Source: Bacteroidales bacterium (GTDB lineage: Bacteria; Bacteroidota; Bacteroidia; Bacteroidales; UBA4181). Taken from it: DNA of 64,000 nt. How positions within the stretch are numbered: position 1 is the stretch's first letter; each line of letters starts with the position of its first letter. Of the stretch, positions 36,905-46,647 are shown in pieces. Where the stretch lies: assembly GCA_031551455.1 (NCBI GenBank), contig JAVBNP010000006.1:6749-70748 (forward strand), given 5' to 3'. The notes beneath the pieces are model-generated. The model did no database searches. It saw only the letters and a list, made by a program, of their open reading frames with translations, and was not told the DNA's origin. The position numbers were made by a program, and so were the translations under genes.

Positions 36905-36933
36905 ATCTACGAGGTTCCAAAAACCTCGCAGAT
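36905..36933 (-). terminator. Hairpin at the 3' end of the adenine deaminase gene
   Basis: atctacgaggtt-ccaaa-aacctcgcagat: a 12-bp stem with 1 mismatch. It abuts the stop codon at 36933-36935. Confidence 0.4.
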
Positions 36934-38597
36934 TATACAAAAAGATCGGTTCGCTCGAATCGGGTAACGTTGAATAGACCGCGATCGCTTAATTTTAACT
37001 CTGGAATAACAAGCAATGCCATGAACGACAAGGTCATAAAAGGCGCCGTTAACACACATCCCATGTCTCGAGCCGCTGTATTGAGTGCTTCGTATTCGGC
37101 GGCAACTTCTTCTCCGGATGCGGATGACATTAATCCCGTAATATCTAACTTTAAGTCTATTAGATTTTTATTATATACAACTGCCAACCCGCCTTTTAAA
37201 TCAATAATATGATTTATTGCTTTAACAATGGAATCATCATCACAACCAACCGCAATAATATGATGGCTGTCGTGAGCTACGGTGGAAACCAAGGCACCTT
37301 GTTTCAAACCGAATCCCCGAATAAATGCCACAGCGGGTTTTGCGGGTCGATAACGATTCAAAACAATAAGTTTTAACGTATCTGTTTCCTTATCGGATTC
37401 GACAACAGTTCCGGGGTTAACCGGACAAAAAATTTGGTGCGTGAGCAAATCGCCGTTTACGGCTTGTATTACTTTCATTGTATCGGATGTTGCCGTAACG
37501 GCGATATCCGATACCGAAATTTTGGCGGCGCCGAAATGCCCCGGAAAAGATGTTTTTAGATTTCGATTTGTTTCCGACCAAAAAATCAAATCCGACTTCT
37601 CTCCCGCCCTATCGTACACGCAATCGCCTCGCAGGAAACTTTTACGTACGGTAAAATTTTGCAAATCGTCGACAACGATAAAATCGGCAGAAGTGCCCGG
37701 TTGGACCATTCCCAAATCTATTTGATAATGCTGGACGGGATTCAGTGTAGCGGCACGTATCACCGAAAATAAATCCACTCCTTCGGCAACACCTTTCGCA
37801 AGCATCCGATTAATGTGTCCGCGAAGTAAATCGTCGGGATGAAAATCGTCCGTACAAAACATCACGCCGGCGGGATATCGATTAATCAACGGAATCAATG
37901 CATCAAAATCTTTTGCTGCACTTCCATTGCGAATCAAAATCTTCATTCCCGAACGAATCTTTTCTTCAGCTTCCTCCAACGTCGTACATTCATGATCGGT
38001 GGATATGATTGCCATGTCTTCCAAACTCCCGGCATGAACATATTTACGAAGTGCATCGCCCATAAGTCCGGGAGCATGTCCGTCAATCGGCTTCCCATAT
38101 TTTCGGGCAACGGCAATTTTCGCCATCACTTCCGTATCGCCGTTTAACACTCCGGGGAAGTTCATCATTTCAGATAAATAATTTACTTTCTTATTTTGAA
38201 ATAATTCGTTAATATCGTCAGCCGTTATACTAATTCCCGTTGATTCGAAAGATGTAGCGGGAACACAGGCGGGCGCTCCGAAAACAAAACGAAACGGAAT
38301 ACGCTCGGCATTTTCCAACATAAAATCAATTCCCTCAATACCCGAAACATTAGCAATTTCGTGCGGATCGGAAACCGCCGCCAATGTACCATGCCGCACT
38401 GCCAAACGTGCAAACTCCGACGGCAATAACATAGAGCTTTCAATATGAACATGCGCATCAACCAATCCGGGAAGAATAAAATAATCGAGAACCTTTGATA
38501 AGCGCTCTATCTTTTGTATGTGTGTGTCAAAATAAATACGACCGGGAAAAACTTCACCCTTTACAATATCTACAATATTGCCTTCAATTGCTTCCAT
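36933..38597 (-). CDS. ade: Adenine deaminase
   Basis: 554 aa. PGLVDAHVHIESSML metal-binding HxH motif and overall amidohydrolase layout with the characteristic C-terminal adenine deaminase domain. Confidence 0.85.
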   Translation of the reverse strand: MEAIEGNIVDIVKGEVFPGRIYFDTHIQKIERLSKVLDYFILPGLVDAHVHIESSMLLPSEFARLAVRHGTLAAVSDPHEIANVSGIEGIDFMLENAERIPFRFVFGAPACVPATSFESTGISITADDINELFQNKKVNYLSEMMNFPGVLNGDTEVMAKIAVARKYGKPIDGHAPGLMGDALRKYVHAGSLEDMAIISTDHECTTLEEAEEKIRSGMKILIRNGSAAKDFDALIPLINRYPAGVMFCTDDFHPDDLLRGHINRMLAKGVAEGVDLFSVIRAATLNPVQHYQIDLGMVQPGTSADFIVVDDLQNFTVRKSFLRGDCVYDRAGEKSDLIFWSETNRNLKTSFPGHFGAAKISVSDIAVTATSDTMKVIQAVNGDLLTHQIFCPVNPGTVVESDKETDTLKLIVLNRYRPAKPAVAFIRGFGLKQGALVSTVAHDSHHIIAVGCDDDSIVKAINHIIDLKGGLAVVYNKNLIDLKLDITGLMSSASGEEVAAEYEALNTAARDMGCVLTAPFMTLSFMALLVIPELKLSDRGLFNVTRFERTDLFV

Positions 38598-38616
38598 ATA
38601 TTTCCTGCATTAAGAT

Positions 38617-38632
38617 TGTTCCACGTGGAACA
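38617..38632. repeat. 16-nt perfect palindrome TGTTCCACGTGGAACA, 20 nt upstream of the ade start codon
   Basis: Read directly. Flanked by TTTTG on its inner side. Confidence 0.8.
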
Positions 38633-38746
38633 TTTTGCTAAAACACGAAATGCATCCATAAGGCTACTATCTTCGATGTCGACCACTTCAATTTCATTTT
38701 TTAATTCGACAAATATTTGTTTTCTTTTATCGACTCAACCAAAAAG

Positions 38747-38764
38747 ATGTTCCACGTGGAACAT
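38747..38764 (-). terminator. 18-nt perfect palindrome ATGTTCCACGTGGAACAT overlapping the mnmG stop; likely mnmG intrinsic terminator and/or operator
   Basis: On the minus strand the hairpin (7-bp stem, ACGT loop) is followed by CUUUUUGG. It is the second copy of the same core 114 bp from the first. Confidence 0.55.
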
Positions 38765-40647
38765 TACCTCCCAAAATGAACTAATAACACGTTAATATCG
38801 GAAGGTGAAACTCCGGGTATCCTTGAAGCATGACCGATAGTTTGCGGTTTAATTCGAGACAATTTAATGCGCGCTTCGGTCGACAAGGAATTAATTTTTC
38901 GGAAATCAAATCCCGAAGGAATTACAATATTTTCCAACCGTTCGAGTTTTTGAGCGTTTGCCTTTTCGCGCTCAATATACCCCGAGTACTTGATGCAAAT
39001 TTCAGCTGCTTCCAAAATCTCATCCTTCCGGCTTGGAATGGAATCAAGCAATGTTATAAACTCGGGGATTCGCTCGGCTAACTCCTGTATGGCCACTTGC
39101 GGTCGCATCACCAAATCGACAAGTTTTACCGTTTGTCGGATGGGCGATGTTTCTGTTTCGGATAAATAATCATTGACAGAGTCGGGCGATATGCTGTATT
39201 TAGCAACAAAATCAATAATCTTGTCTCGATAATTGATTTTCTCTTGCAACAAGTCGTATCGTCGGTGCGATGCCAAGCCTAATTCATATGATAAGGGAGT
39301 AAGTCGCACATCGGCATCATCTTGTCGCAATAAAATACGATATTCGGCACGCGAAGTAAACATACGATATGGTTCGTCCACACCTTTGGATACCAAATCA
39401 TCGATCAATACACCGATATATGCTTGGTCGCGTCGCAAAATAAATTCGGATTCGCTGCGAAGCTTTCGCACGGCATTAATTCCCGCCATTAATCCTTGGG
39501 CGGCAGCCTCTTCATAACCGGTCGTTCCATTGATTTGCCCGGCAAAATAAAGATTTTGTATCTGCTTCGTCTCTAACGTATGATACAATTGTGCGGGCGA
39601 AAAAAAATCATATTCGATGGCATATCCGGGACGAAACAGTTTCACGTTTTCTAAACCTTCGACATTCTTTAATGCTTCCCATTGAATGTTCCAAGGGAGC
39701 GACGAAGAAAATCCGTTAATATAATACTCGTCGGTATCGGTTCCTTCGGGTTCAAGAAAAAGATGGTGCGAATCCTTCGCGGCAAATGTAACGATTTTAT
39801 CTTCGATACTCGGACAATAACGCGGCCCGATGCTTTGTATCGTTCCGTTGTACATGGGCGAATCGACAAATCCCCGTTCCAAAATCCGATGAACATCGGG
39901 ATTGGTGTACGCAATGTAACAAGGACGTTGGCGTAATTCATTTTTAACATCGGGTAAATAGGAAAATTGATGAATGACCGAATCACCATCTTGTCGCTGC
40001 AATTTTTCGAAATTAATGCTTCGCCCTTCGATTCGTGCCGGAGTTCCGGTTTTCATCCGTCCGACTTCAAATCCGAGTTCGTGCAATTGTTCGGATAATC
40101 CTTTGGATGCCGGCTCGGCTACTCTCCCACCCTCCGTCTTCACACGTCCGACATGCATCAAACCGTTTAAAAAAGTTCCATTTGTGAGAATGATTGCTTG
40201 CGCACGAAACGTAACACCCAATCGAGTAACAACACCGCATGCAACACCATCCTCAATGACAAGCGAAATCACCCCGTCTTGCCAAATATCCAAATTCGGT
40301 GTCGATTCAAGCGTTCGCCTCCACTCCGCCGAAAATTTCATCCGGTCACATTGTGCTCGCGGGCTCCACATCGCCGGGCCTTTTGAAAGATTAAGCATTC
40401 GAAATTGGATGGTGGTACGATCGGTAACGATTCCCGAACGACCTCCGAGCGCGTCGATTTCGCGCACGATTTGTCCCTTGGCAATACCTCCCATTGCGGG
40501 ATTGCATGACATTTGGGCAATCTTTTCCATATCGAACGTGATCAATAAAACCGATGCTCCCATACCTGCGGCGGCACAAGCAGCTTCACACCCGGCATGT
40601 CCGGCCCCGACAATTATAATATCATATTGCGGTAAATTCATCTTCAA
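38764..40647 (-). CDS. mnmG: tRNA uridine 5-carboxymethylaminomethyl modification enzyme MnmG (GidA)
   Basis: YDIIIVGAGHAGCEAA FAD motif. Conserved blocks TGTPAR, GPRYCPSIE and AGQINGTTGYEEAAAQG. Confidence 0.95.
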   Translation of the reverse strand: MKMNLPQYDIIIVGAGHAGCEAACAAAGMGASVLLITFDMEKIAQMSCNPAMGGIAKGQIVREIDALGGRSGIVTDRTTIQFRMLNLSKGPAMWSPRAQCDRMKFSAEWRRTLESTPNLDIWQDGVISLVIEDGVACGVVTRLGVTFRAQAIILTNGTFLNGLMHVGRVKTEGGRVAEPASKGLSEQLHELGFEVGRMKTGTPARIEGRSINFEKLQRQDGDSVIHQFSYLPDVKNELRQRPCYIAYTNPDVHRILERGFVDSPMYNGTIQSIGPRYCPSIEDKIVTFAAKDSHHLFLEPEGTDTDEYYINGFSSSLPWNIQWEALKNVEGLENVKLFRPGYAIEYDFFSPAQLYHTLETKQIQNLYFAGQINGTTGYEEAAAQGLMAGINAVRKLRSESEFILRRDQAYIGVLIDDLVSKGVDEPYRMFTSRAEYRILLRQDDADVRLTPLSYELGLASHRRYDLLQEKINYRDKIIDFVAKYSISPDSVNDYLSETETSPIRQTVKLVDLVMRPQVAIQELAERIPEFITLLDSIPSRKDEILEAAEICIKYSGYIEREKANAQKLERLENIVIPSGFDFRKINSLSTEARIKLSRIKPQTIGHASRIPGVSPSDINVLLVHFGR

Positions 40648-41118
40648 ACTAAATTCGGCAACAAAGATACCAAAAGATTGTTACAGGTATAAATCTCGAA
40701 AATCATCGTAGAATTTACGATCGGTCATCATCAATATTGAATGATCGGATTAAAGTAAAAACAGGGTGAACTTCGGTTAATTTAGATAATTTTCAACAAA
40801 CAATCACCAAGCAAAGAGCATATCAAAACTATCGGTTCTTTGAAACGAACTTGCAAATTCAACGGAGTTGAATCCGGTATTTATCGGGTAAAGATTAACA
40901 AGACATTTATTATTTCACGATTTTACACGGTAATATTCACGCAATGTCCGTTTCGGGGTTGTTTTTTGGTATTTTATCAAATAAAATAAACAAAAATATC
41001 GATCGTCTATTCATCAATTTATACCTCAATTTCGAATTCCGAAAAAGATTAAAAATACAAAAGCGAATAAATTCGTTCATTTTTGTGGAGAATTTTTGGA
41101 AATAGTCTAATTAGTAAA

Positions 41119-41126
41119 TATTTTTG
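41119..41126 (+). promoter_or_regulatory. Candidate -7 promoter box (TAnnTTTG) for the T9SS type B cargo operon
   Basis: TATTTTTG lies 36 nt upstream of the ATG at 41162. Confidence 0.35.
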
Positions 41127-41161
41127 CTCAATCATTTTTAAAGGAACTTAATTTTATCGAT

Positions 41162-43924
41162 ATGATAAACGTACTTCCGTTCGGAAAAAAAGTTGTCTTT
41201 ATCGTTGCTGCCCTCATGCTTGCATGGGGTCAAACGATTTCGTACGCCCAAACATATTTTACTCCATCCAATCCGACCTGTACGCCCGGAACCATTACGC
41301 CGGGTATTTCGAATAATGAATTCAAAATAAGCATCAATTACGGAAGAGCGATGCAAATAAGTCCGTCTCCTACCGTAACTTTTACAGGTTTTTCGGGAAC
41401 GGAAGAATCCGAAGTTTTTCCGAATGCCCCTCAATATTTTTGGTCCGACGGAAACAAAAAGCTCGATATCGTTTATGTTGTAGACCCGACCAAGCGAGTC
41501 AATCGATCCGGAATTACCGCAACCATAAACCCCATACAATCGAGTACGCCCGGATTATGGGCAAATCCCGCAGGGGTTACTTTTAATGTCGCACTCGGAC
41601 AATCTACGGGAACAATAAGCTTTTCTCCGCAAAATATTAATATCAGTTCCGGTAGTCCGTTTACCATGACGGTAGATTATTCCGATCCTATGAATAACGA
41701 AGCCCCCGACGTTACTTTTCAACCGGATCTTATTGCCTCAAATATCCTTCAAGGAATGATGTATAGTTGGCAAACCAACAAACAGTGTATTATTTCATAC
41801 ACTGTAACCGATGACGGCAATAATCACGGAAGCATCGGCGTAACCATAGCGGCAACGGATGCCGGCGATGTTCCCGCCGCTAATGCAACCGGCTCGTTTC
41901 TCGTCGATTTCAAAAAGCCGGCCTGTACGGTAACCGCCGATCCCTCAAGCATCGGGCCCAACACAACCGCACTTACCATCACGTTGGTGTATGATGAAGA
42001 AATGGACGTCTCTCCCCCTTCCATCGCTTTTTCGAACGGATTCAATCCGACCCCTGCCGCCGGGACAGGTTGGTTGGTCAATAAAACAACATATGTAGCC
42101 AAATACACCATTACGTCAAGCAATTTAAATACGCAATCGGTAATTACCGTTGCCAATGCCAAGGATCTTGCGGGAAATATTCAAATTCAAAACAGTGACG
42201 CCATATTGACCATTGATCAACGTAAACCGCAAGTGAAAAGGGTTACCATGATACCGTCGAGCATTAATCGCGGCATCAGCACGGCAACATTAGAAGTGGA
42301 ATTCGAAAATGCCGATGCCATGGCCACCGGAGATATACCAAGCATTATTTTTGCCCCCGATATGTCGACGGTATTGACCGGAGGACCGAGCAGTTGGAAC
42401 GGAATGGTTTATTCGCGAGAATATATTATTAATACGTCCAACAACACAACCATGCAACCCAATGTAGCGGTTACGGTAAGCGGAGCAAAAGATAATAAGG
42501 GTACCATCATTGATCCAACAACCAAAACAAATGTTTTCAGTGTGGACATGACCGGTGTTACTTGTCGTTCGGTTGTGTTTGACCCCGCAAAATTACAATT
42601 GGGCGTTGCATCCATGAAAATGACAATCACATACGAAGCACCCATGCAGGCCGTAAATCCGACCATTGTTTTTGTTGATGCTCAGAATAATCCCATAACC
42701 GACGCCAACAATAACCTGTTTAATGCACCGTCATTTGTTTGGACATCAACGACCGTATGCGAGGTAACTTACCCCTTAAAACCGAATCCGCAATTGCAAA
42801 TTCTTGATATACATGCGCGCATTACCGGAGCAAAACGGGCCTCCGACGGCAGTACGCAAGTTCCGTATCTGTCGACTTCGAGTTTCATGGCCGACTTGAA
42901 GGATTTGGGCGCCGTGGTAACGCCAAGCGCCGATCCCGTTAAATGTACCGATTCGGAACTTCAATTGCGTATTGCATTCAATCAAATAATGATCCCGACG
43001 GCCGAAAATATCAACATTGCCGATTTGCCCGATTACGATTATAAATATGATTTTTTACAATTCGAAAAAACCGAGTGGACGGACAACAGTACGGCAGTAG
43101 TTACTTATCGTGTGGAGGCCGATAAAAATTCCACGGGAAGCGTCAAAGTATGGGTTCACAATCTGCAAAATGCCGGAGGAAGAGCTTTCGATAAGGAATA
43201 CGGTAATGTATTTTCTGCCGAATCGAATCCGCCGACCATCGACAATGCCATTTACACATCGCCCTTGTGCCACAATGACGCAACCGGCAGTATCAATTTG
43301 ACCGTTTCGGGCGGAAATCCCGGATATACGTACGAATGGTCAAAAGACGGCGGAACGCCTGCTTTAGGCACACTACCGAATATTATCGATTTGGGTCCGG
43401 GACAATATATCGTTAAAGCATATGGTAGCGATCGTTGTTTTGCCTCTTCGTCGGGGGTACTCAATAATCCCGATGCCATTATTTTGACGACTGAGGTGGT
43501 TCAAAATGTCGTTCGAAAGGATGACGGTATCATTCAAATGACTGCGGAAGGCGGAACGCCCGATTACAGGTATTATGTTGACGGAACGCCGTATACCGAC
43601 GGTCGTGTCGAAAATTTGAAGGTCGGAACTTACGCGCTTGCGGTAGTGGACGCCAATAGTTGTACGGCCACCGATCAAGCCGTAATTGCAGACCATCGAA
43701 TTCCCACGGCGTTTACACCCAACGAAGACGGGTACAATGACATGTTCATGGAGGGAAATCGCGTAAAAATTTTCGATCGCAACGGAACCCTTTTACATGA
43801 AGGCGATAACGGATGGGACGGCAAATATAAAGGCCAAGTCATGCGTCCGGCCGTATATTTTTACATTGTCACGTTTCCCGACGGATCGATAAAGAAAGGA
43901 AGCGTACAAATATTCAAGAAATAA
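41162..43924 (+). CDS. Cell-surface protein: tandem Ig-like modules, two SprB-type repeats and a T9SS type B (gliding-motility-associated) C-terminal domain
   Basis: Signal peptide. About six modules of roughly 95-100 aa. CHNDATGSINLTVSGGNPGYTYEWS is a SprB repeat. The C-terminus IPTAFTPNEDGYNDMF ... GWDGKYKG ... VYFYIV ... GSVQIFKK (about 43700-43921) matches the type B CTD pattern. Confidence 0.8.
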   Translation: MINVLPFGKKVVFIVAALMLAWGQTISYAQTYFTPSNPTCTPGTITPGISNNEFKISINYGRAMQISPSPTVTFTGFSGTEESEVFPNAPQYFWSDGNKKLDIVYVVDPTKRVNRSGITATINPIQSSTPGLWANPAGVTFNVALGQSTGTISFSPQNINISSGSPFTMTVDYSDPMNNEAPDVTFQPDLIASNILQGMMYSWQTNKQCIISYTVTDDGNNHGSIGVTIAATDAGDVPAANATGSFLVDFKKPACTVTADPSSIGPNTTALTITLVYDEEMDVSPPSIAFSNGFNPTPAAGTGWLVNKTTYVAKYTITSSNLNTQSVITVANAKDLAGNIQIQNSDAILTIDQRKPQVKRVTMIPSSINRGISTATLEVEFENADAMATGDIPSIIFAPDMSTVLTGGPSSWNGMVYSREYIINTSNNTTMQPNVAVTVSGAKDNKGTIIDPTTKTNVFSVDMTGVTCRSVVFDPAKLQLGVASMKMTITYEAPMQAVNPTIVFVDAQNNPITDANNNLFNAPSFVWTSTTVCEVTYPLKPNPQLQILDIHARITGAKRASDGSTQVPYLSTSSFMADLKDLGAVVTPSADPVKCTDSELQLRIAFNQIMIPTAENINIADLPDYDYKYDFLQFEKTEWTDNSTAVVTYRVEADKNSTGSVKVWVHNLQNAGGRAFDKEYGNVFSAESNPPTIDNAIYTSPLCHNDATGSINLTVSGGNPGYTYEWSKDGGTPALGTLPNIIDLGPGQYIVKAYGSDRCFASSSGVLNNPDAIILTTEVVQNVVRKDDGIIQMTAEGGTPDYRYYVDGTPYTDGRVENLKVGTYALAVVDANSCTATDQAVIADHRIPTAFTPNEDGYNDMFMEGNRVKIFDRNGTLLHEGDNGWDGKYKGQVMRPAVYFYIVTFPDGSIKKGSVQIFKK

Positions 43925-43925
43925 A

Positions 43926-45638
43926 ATGCTCATGAGATATATTTCCCGCATCGTTATTTTTCTAATTGTCGGTCTCCTCGCCATCCCCGCATCGGGACAA
44001 AAAAAGGGTGAAACCGGTCAGGACTATTTCAAAAGACAGGAATATGCGCTTGCCGTAAAGGCATTTGAAAAAGAACTGAAAAAAGCTAAAAAGAAAAAAT
44101 CGGAACAAGCCCGAGTCGAAGCGTACATCGGGATGTCGTATTATTACATGAACAAACCGCGAGAGGCATCAACAAGGTTGAAAAAGGGAATCGACCTCGG
44201 GTACAAAAAGGCCGATGCTTATGCCGTTTACGGTCTTTCATTGCAAAAACAGGAAAAATACACGGAAGCGCTCGAAGCATTTAATCAATGCATCAAAACG
44301 GACAGCAAATATCCCAACATCAATCTGTACATCCAATCATGCAATTATGCGATGGAACATCCCGAGCCGAATACCCAAATCGTATTGCGTTCGTCGAAAG
44401 TAAATACGGACGGCAGCGAGTACGGTATCTCGCCGGGTCCCGAAGGGGAAATTTTCTTTTCGCGTGCTCCCGTTAAAGGGCGCATCGATCCGCGAACGGG
44501 ATTGGCGTATACCGACGTATATGTCTGCAAGCTTGACGGAAATGATCTTACGAAGCCCGAAAAGGAAAAAGCATTCATGAAAGCGTATTACAACACGGGC
44601 GTATTTTCGTATGATACACGTACCAAGAATATATACATGACCGTTTGCGACCCGAAAGGTAAATGCGGAATATATAAAAGCCCGTACAACCGAAACAAAT
44701 GGGGCAAACCCGAACCGGTTCTCATTAACGATAAATATGACATGGTGCATCCTGCCGTCACCAACGACGGCAATCGGCTCTATTTTTCGTCCAATGCACC
44801 GGGCGGATTCGGCAAAACCGATATTTGGTACGTTGATCGTGTCTCCGATGACAAATGGAGCGATCCGATTAATGCGGGAAATAAAATTAACACTCCCGGG
44901 CGTGAAGAATTTCCATTTGCCGGCGAAAGCGGATTCCTTTATTTTGCTTCCGACGGTCATCCGGGATTCGGAGGATTGGATATTTTTTGGTCAACGGCTG
45001 AAGGAAACGCAATCGGTACGCCGCAAAATCTTGGACGTCCTTTCAACAGCGGAGCAGATGATTTTAACTTGACCACTACGGGCGACAAGGGCCTGCTTAT
45101 CTCTTCGCGAAACATCAATACGGGCGATGATATTTACATTTTCGCGAAAGCGGATCTTACGAAAACCGAAATTGCGGAAGAGGAAGAAAAAGAAACCGAA
45201 TCTGAACCGATTCCGGAAACAAAGCCCGAGCCGGTTATCGTGGAACAACCCGAACCCGAGCCGATTGTCGTAGAACCCGTCAAACCGAGACCGGACAATT
45301 TCGCCGTCATTTATTTCGATTTCAATCGATTTGTCCCGCAACGCGAATACCGTCAACAATACGACGAAATTGCGGCACAAATGAAAGCATATCCCAATGC
45401 AACGTTTGAGATTGCAGGGTATGCCGATCCCCGAGGCGGAAGGGAATTTAACTCCGAACTTTCGGATAAACGTGCGGAATACATTGCAAAACGTTTGGTT
45501 GACAGAGGTGTTCCGAAAAGTAATTTGATCATCAAAGGTTACGGATTCACTGATCCCGCGGAACCGAATGCCTCTACGGAGGAAGAATTCCAAAAAAATC
45601 GACGGGTGGAAATACGTATTATTAAAACCACGAATTAA
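43926..45638 (+). CDS. PorE-like outer-membrane-associated protein: TPR, TolB/PD40-type beta-propeller repeats, E/P-rich linker, OmpA_C peptidoglycan-binding domain
   Basis: 1-nt gap after the cargo stop. TPR-like N-terminus, PD40-like repeats (RLYFSSNAPGGFGKTDIWY, FLYFASDGHPGFGGLDIF), the linker EEEEKETESEPIPETKPEPVIVEQPEPEPIVVEPVKP, and an OmpA_C core GYADPRGG..FNSELSDKRA ... NRRVEI. Confidence 0.75.
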   Translation: MLMRYISRIVIFLIVGLLAIPASGQKKGETGQDYFKRQEYALAVKAFEKELKKAKKKKSEQARVEAYIGMSYYYMNKPREASTRLKKGIDLGYKKADAYAVYGLSLQKQEKYTEALEAFNQCIKTDSKYPNINLYIQSCNYAMEHPEPNTQIVLRSSKVNTDGSEYGISPGPEGEIFFSRAPVKGRIDPRTGLAYTDVYVCKLDGNDLTKPEKEKAFMKAYYNTGVFSYDTRTKNIYMTVCDPKGKCGIYKSPYNRNKWGKPEPVLINDKYDMVHPAVTNDGNRLYFSSNAPGGFGKTDIWYVDRVSDDKWSDPINAGNKINTPGREEFPFAGESGFLYFASDGHPGFGGLDIFWSTAEGNAIGTPQNLGRPFNSGADDFNLTTTGDKGLLISSRNINTGDDIYIFAKADLTKTEIAEEEEKETESEPIPETKPEPVIVEQPEPEPIVVEPVKPRPDNFAVIYFDFNRFVPQREYRQQYDEIAAQMKAYPNATFEIAGYADPRGGREFNSELSDKRAEYIAKRLVDRGVPKSNLIIKGYGFTDPAEPNASTEEEFQKNRRVEIRIIKTTN

Positions 45639-45643
45639 TCAAC

Positions 45644-46582
45644 ATGAGGATCATCAAAAAATATCGAGTAATACGTCGAATTGTTGCAACGGTTGCGATA
45701 TGCACCATATCGGGTAACCTGTTTGCGCAAAGCGACATACTCCTGACGCAACAATGGCTGTCGCGTATCAACATGAATCCGGCAGCAACGGGAAATTCGG
45801 ACAACATTGACGTATTTGTGCTTTTGCGTCAACAATGGGAAGGATTCGAGAATGCTCCCGAAACGGGCGTTGTGAACGTACACAGCTATTTTGATCGTAT
45901 CCGATCGGGCCTCGGGCTGACGGCCATGTACGATAAAATCGGCGTGGGCAACAATACCGTTAATGCAAAATTGGCGTATGCCTTTCATTTCAACATCGGC
46001 GAAAGTTGGCTGATGTCGCTCGGATTGTCGGGCGGCGTCGAACAACGAGTCTTCGATCCGTCGAAACAATTTTTCCTCGACGAAAGCGATCCCGAAATTC
46101 CGCACGAAAAAATATCGCAAATATCTCCTGATGTCGACTTTGGTTTCGAACTTTCGTCGGAACGGTTTCTGTTTGGCGCATCGGCAACACATCTGTTGAA
46201 ACTTCCCGACCAAGCGACCACCAAACAAGATGCGCAACAATATTACGCATATGCGCGCTACAAACAACCGCTCGGTGAATCAGTAGCGCTTCTTGCAGGC
46301 GTTCGCGGAAGCAACTTCGATACGAAATATTTTCTGGAGGGTAACTTGACGGCAATGTTCTTCGATAAGTTTTGGATCGGAGGAGCTTTTCGTCCCGATA
46401 ATGCAGTAGCGGGGTTTGCCGGTTTGCAACTCGGTTTTTTCCGACTGGGTTATGCGTACGATTATTCGATCGGAAGCACCGCATCACTCGCCAAAAATTC
46501 GCACGAGATTGTTGTTTCGTTAAAAATCGGAAAACCCAAAAGAACCATCAACACCAAATCTCCGCGATTTATCGAAAATTAG
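45644..46582 (+). CDS. PorP/SprF-family T9SS outer-membrane protein (cognate partner of type B cargo)
   Basis: 5-nt gap from the upstream gene. LTQQWLSRINMNPAATG ... LLRQQWEGFENAP ... SHEIVVSLKIG matches the PorP/SprF (TIGR03519-type) pattern. Confidence 0.85.
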   Translation: MRIIKKYRVIRRIVATVAICTISGNLFAQSDILLTQQWLSRINMNPAATGNSDNIDVFVLLRQQWEGFENAPETGVVNVHSYFDRIRSGLGLTAMYDKIGVGNNTVNAKLAYAFHFNIGESWLMSLGLSGGVEQRVFDPSKQFFLDESDPEIPHEKISQISPDVDFGFELSSERFLFGASATHLLKLPDQATTKQDAQQYYAYARYKQPLGESVALLAGVRGSNFDTKYFLEGNLTAMFFDKFWIGGAFRPDNAVAGFAGLQLGFFRLGYAYDYSIGSTASLAKNSHEIVVSLKIGKPKRTINTKSPRFIEN

Positions 46583-46647
46583 CATCAAGCAACTTATTGA
46601 TCATCTGTTAAGTATATAAAAATCTAATCATTTAAACAAAAATCATC

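Noticed and set aside
38514-38795. 93-aa plus-strand ORF spanning both TGTTCCACGTGGAACA palindromes
   Set aside because: It is antisense to the ade start and the mnmG end and is AT-rich with a low-complexity translation. Its openness is a by-product of the palindromic sequence.
40648-41161. Possible chromosomal replication origin in the 514-bp AT-rich gap next to mnmG (gidA)
   Set aside because: I find only one near-consensus DnaA box (tgtggagaa, one mismatch to TGTGGATAA) and no cluster of boxes or obvious AT-rich 13-mer array. dnaA and dnaN are not nearby. The gap is adequately explained as the promoter or leader region of the T9SS cargo operon.
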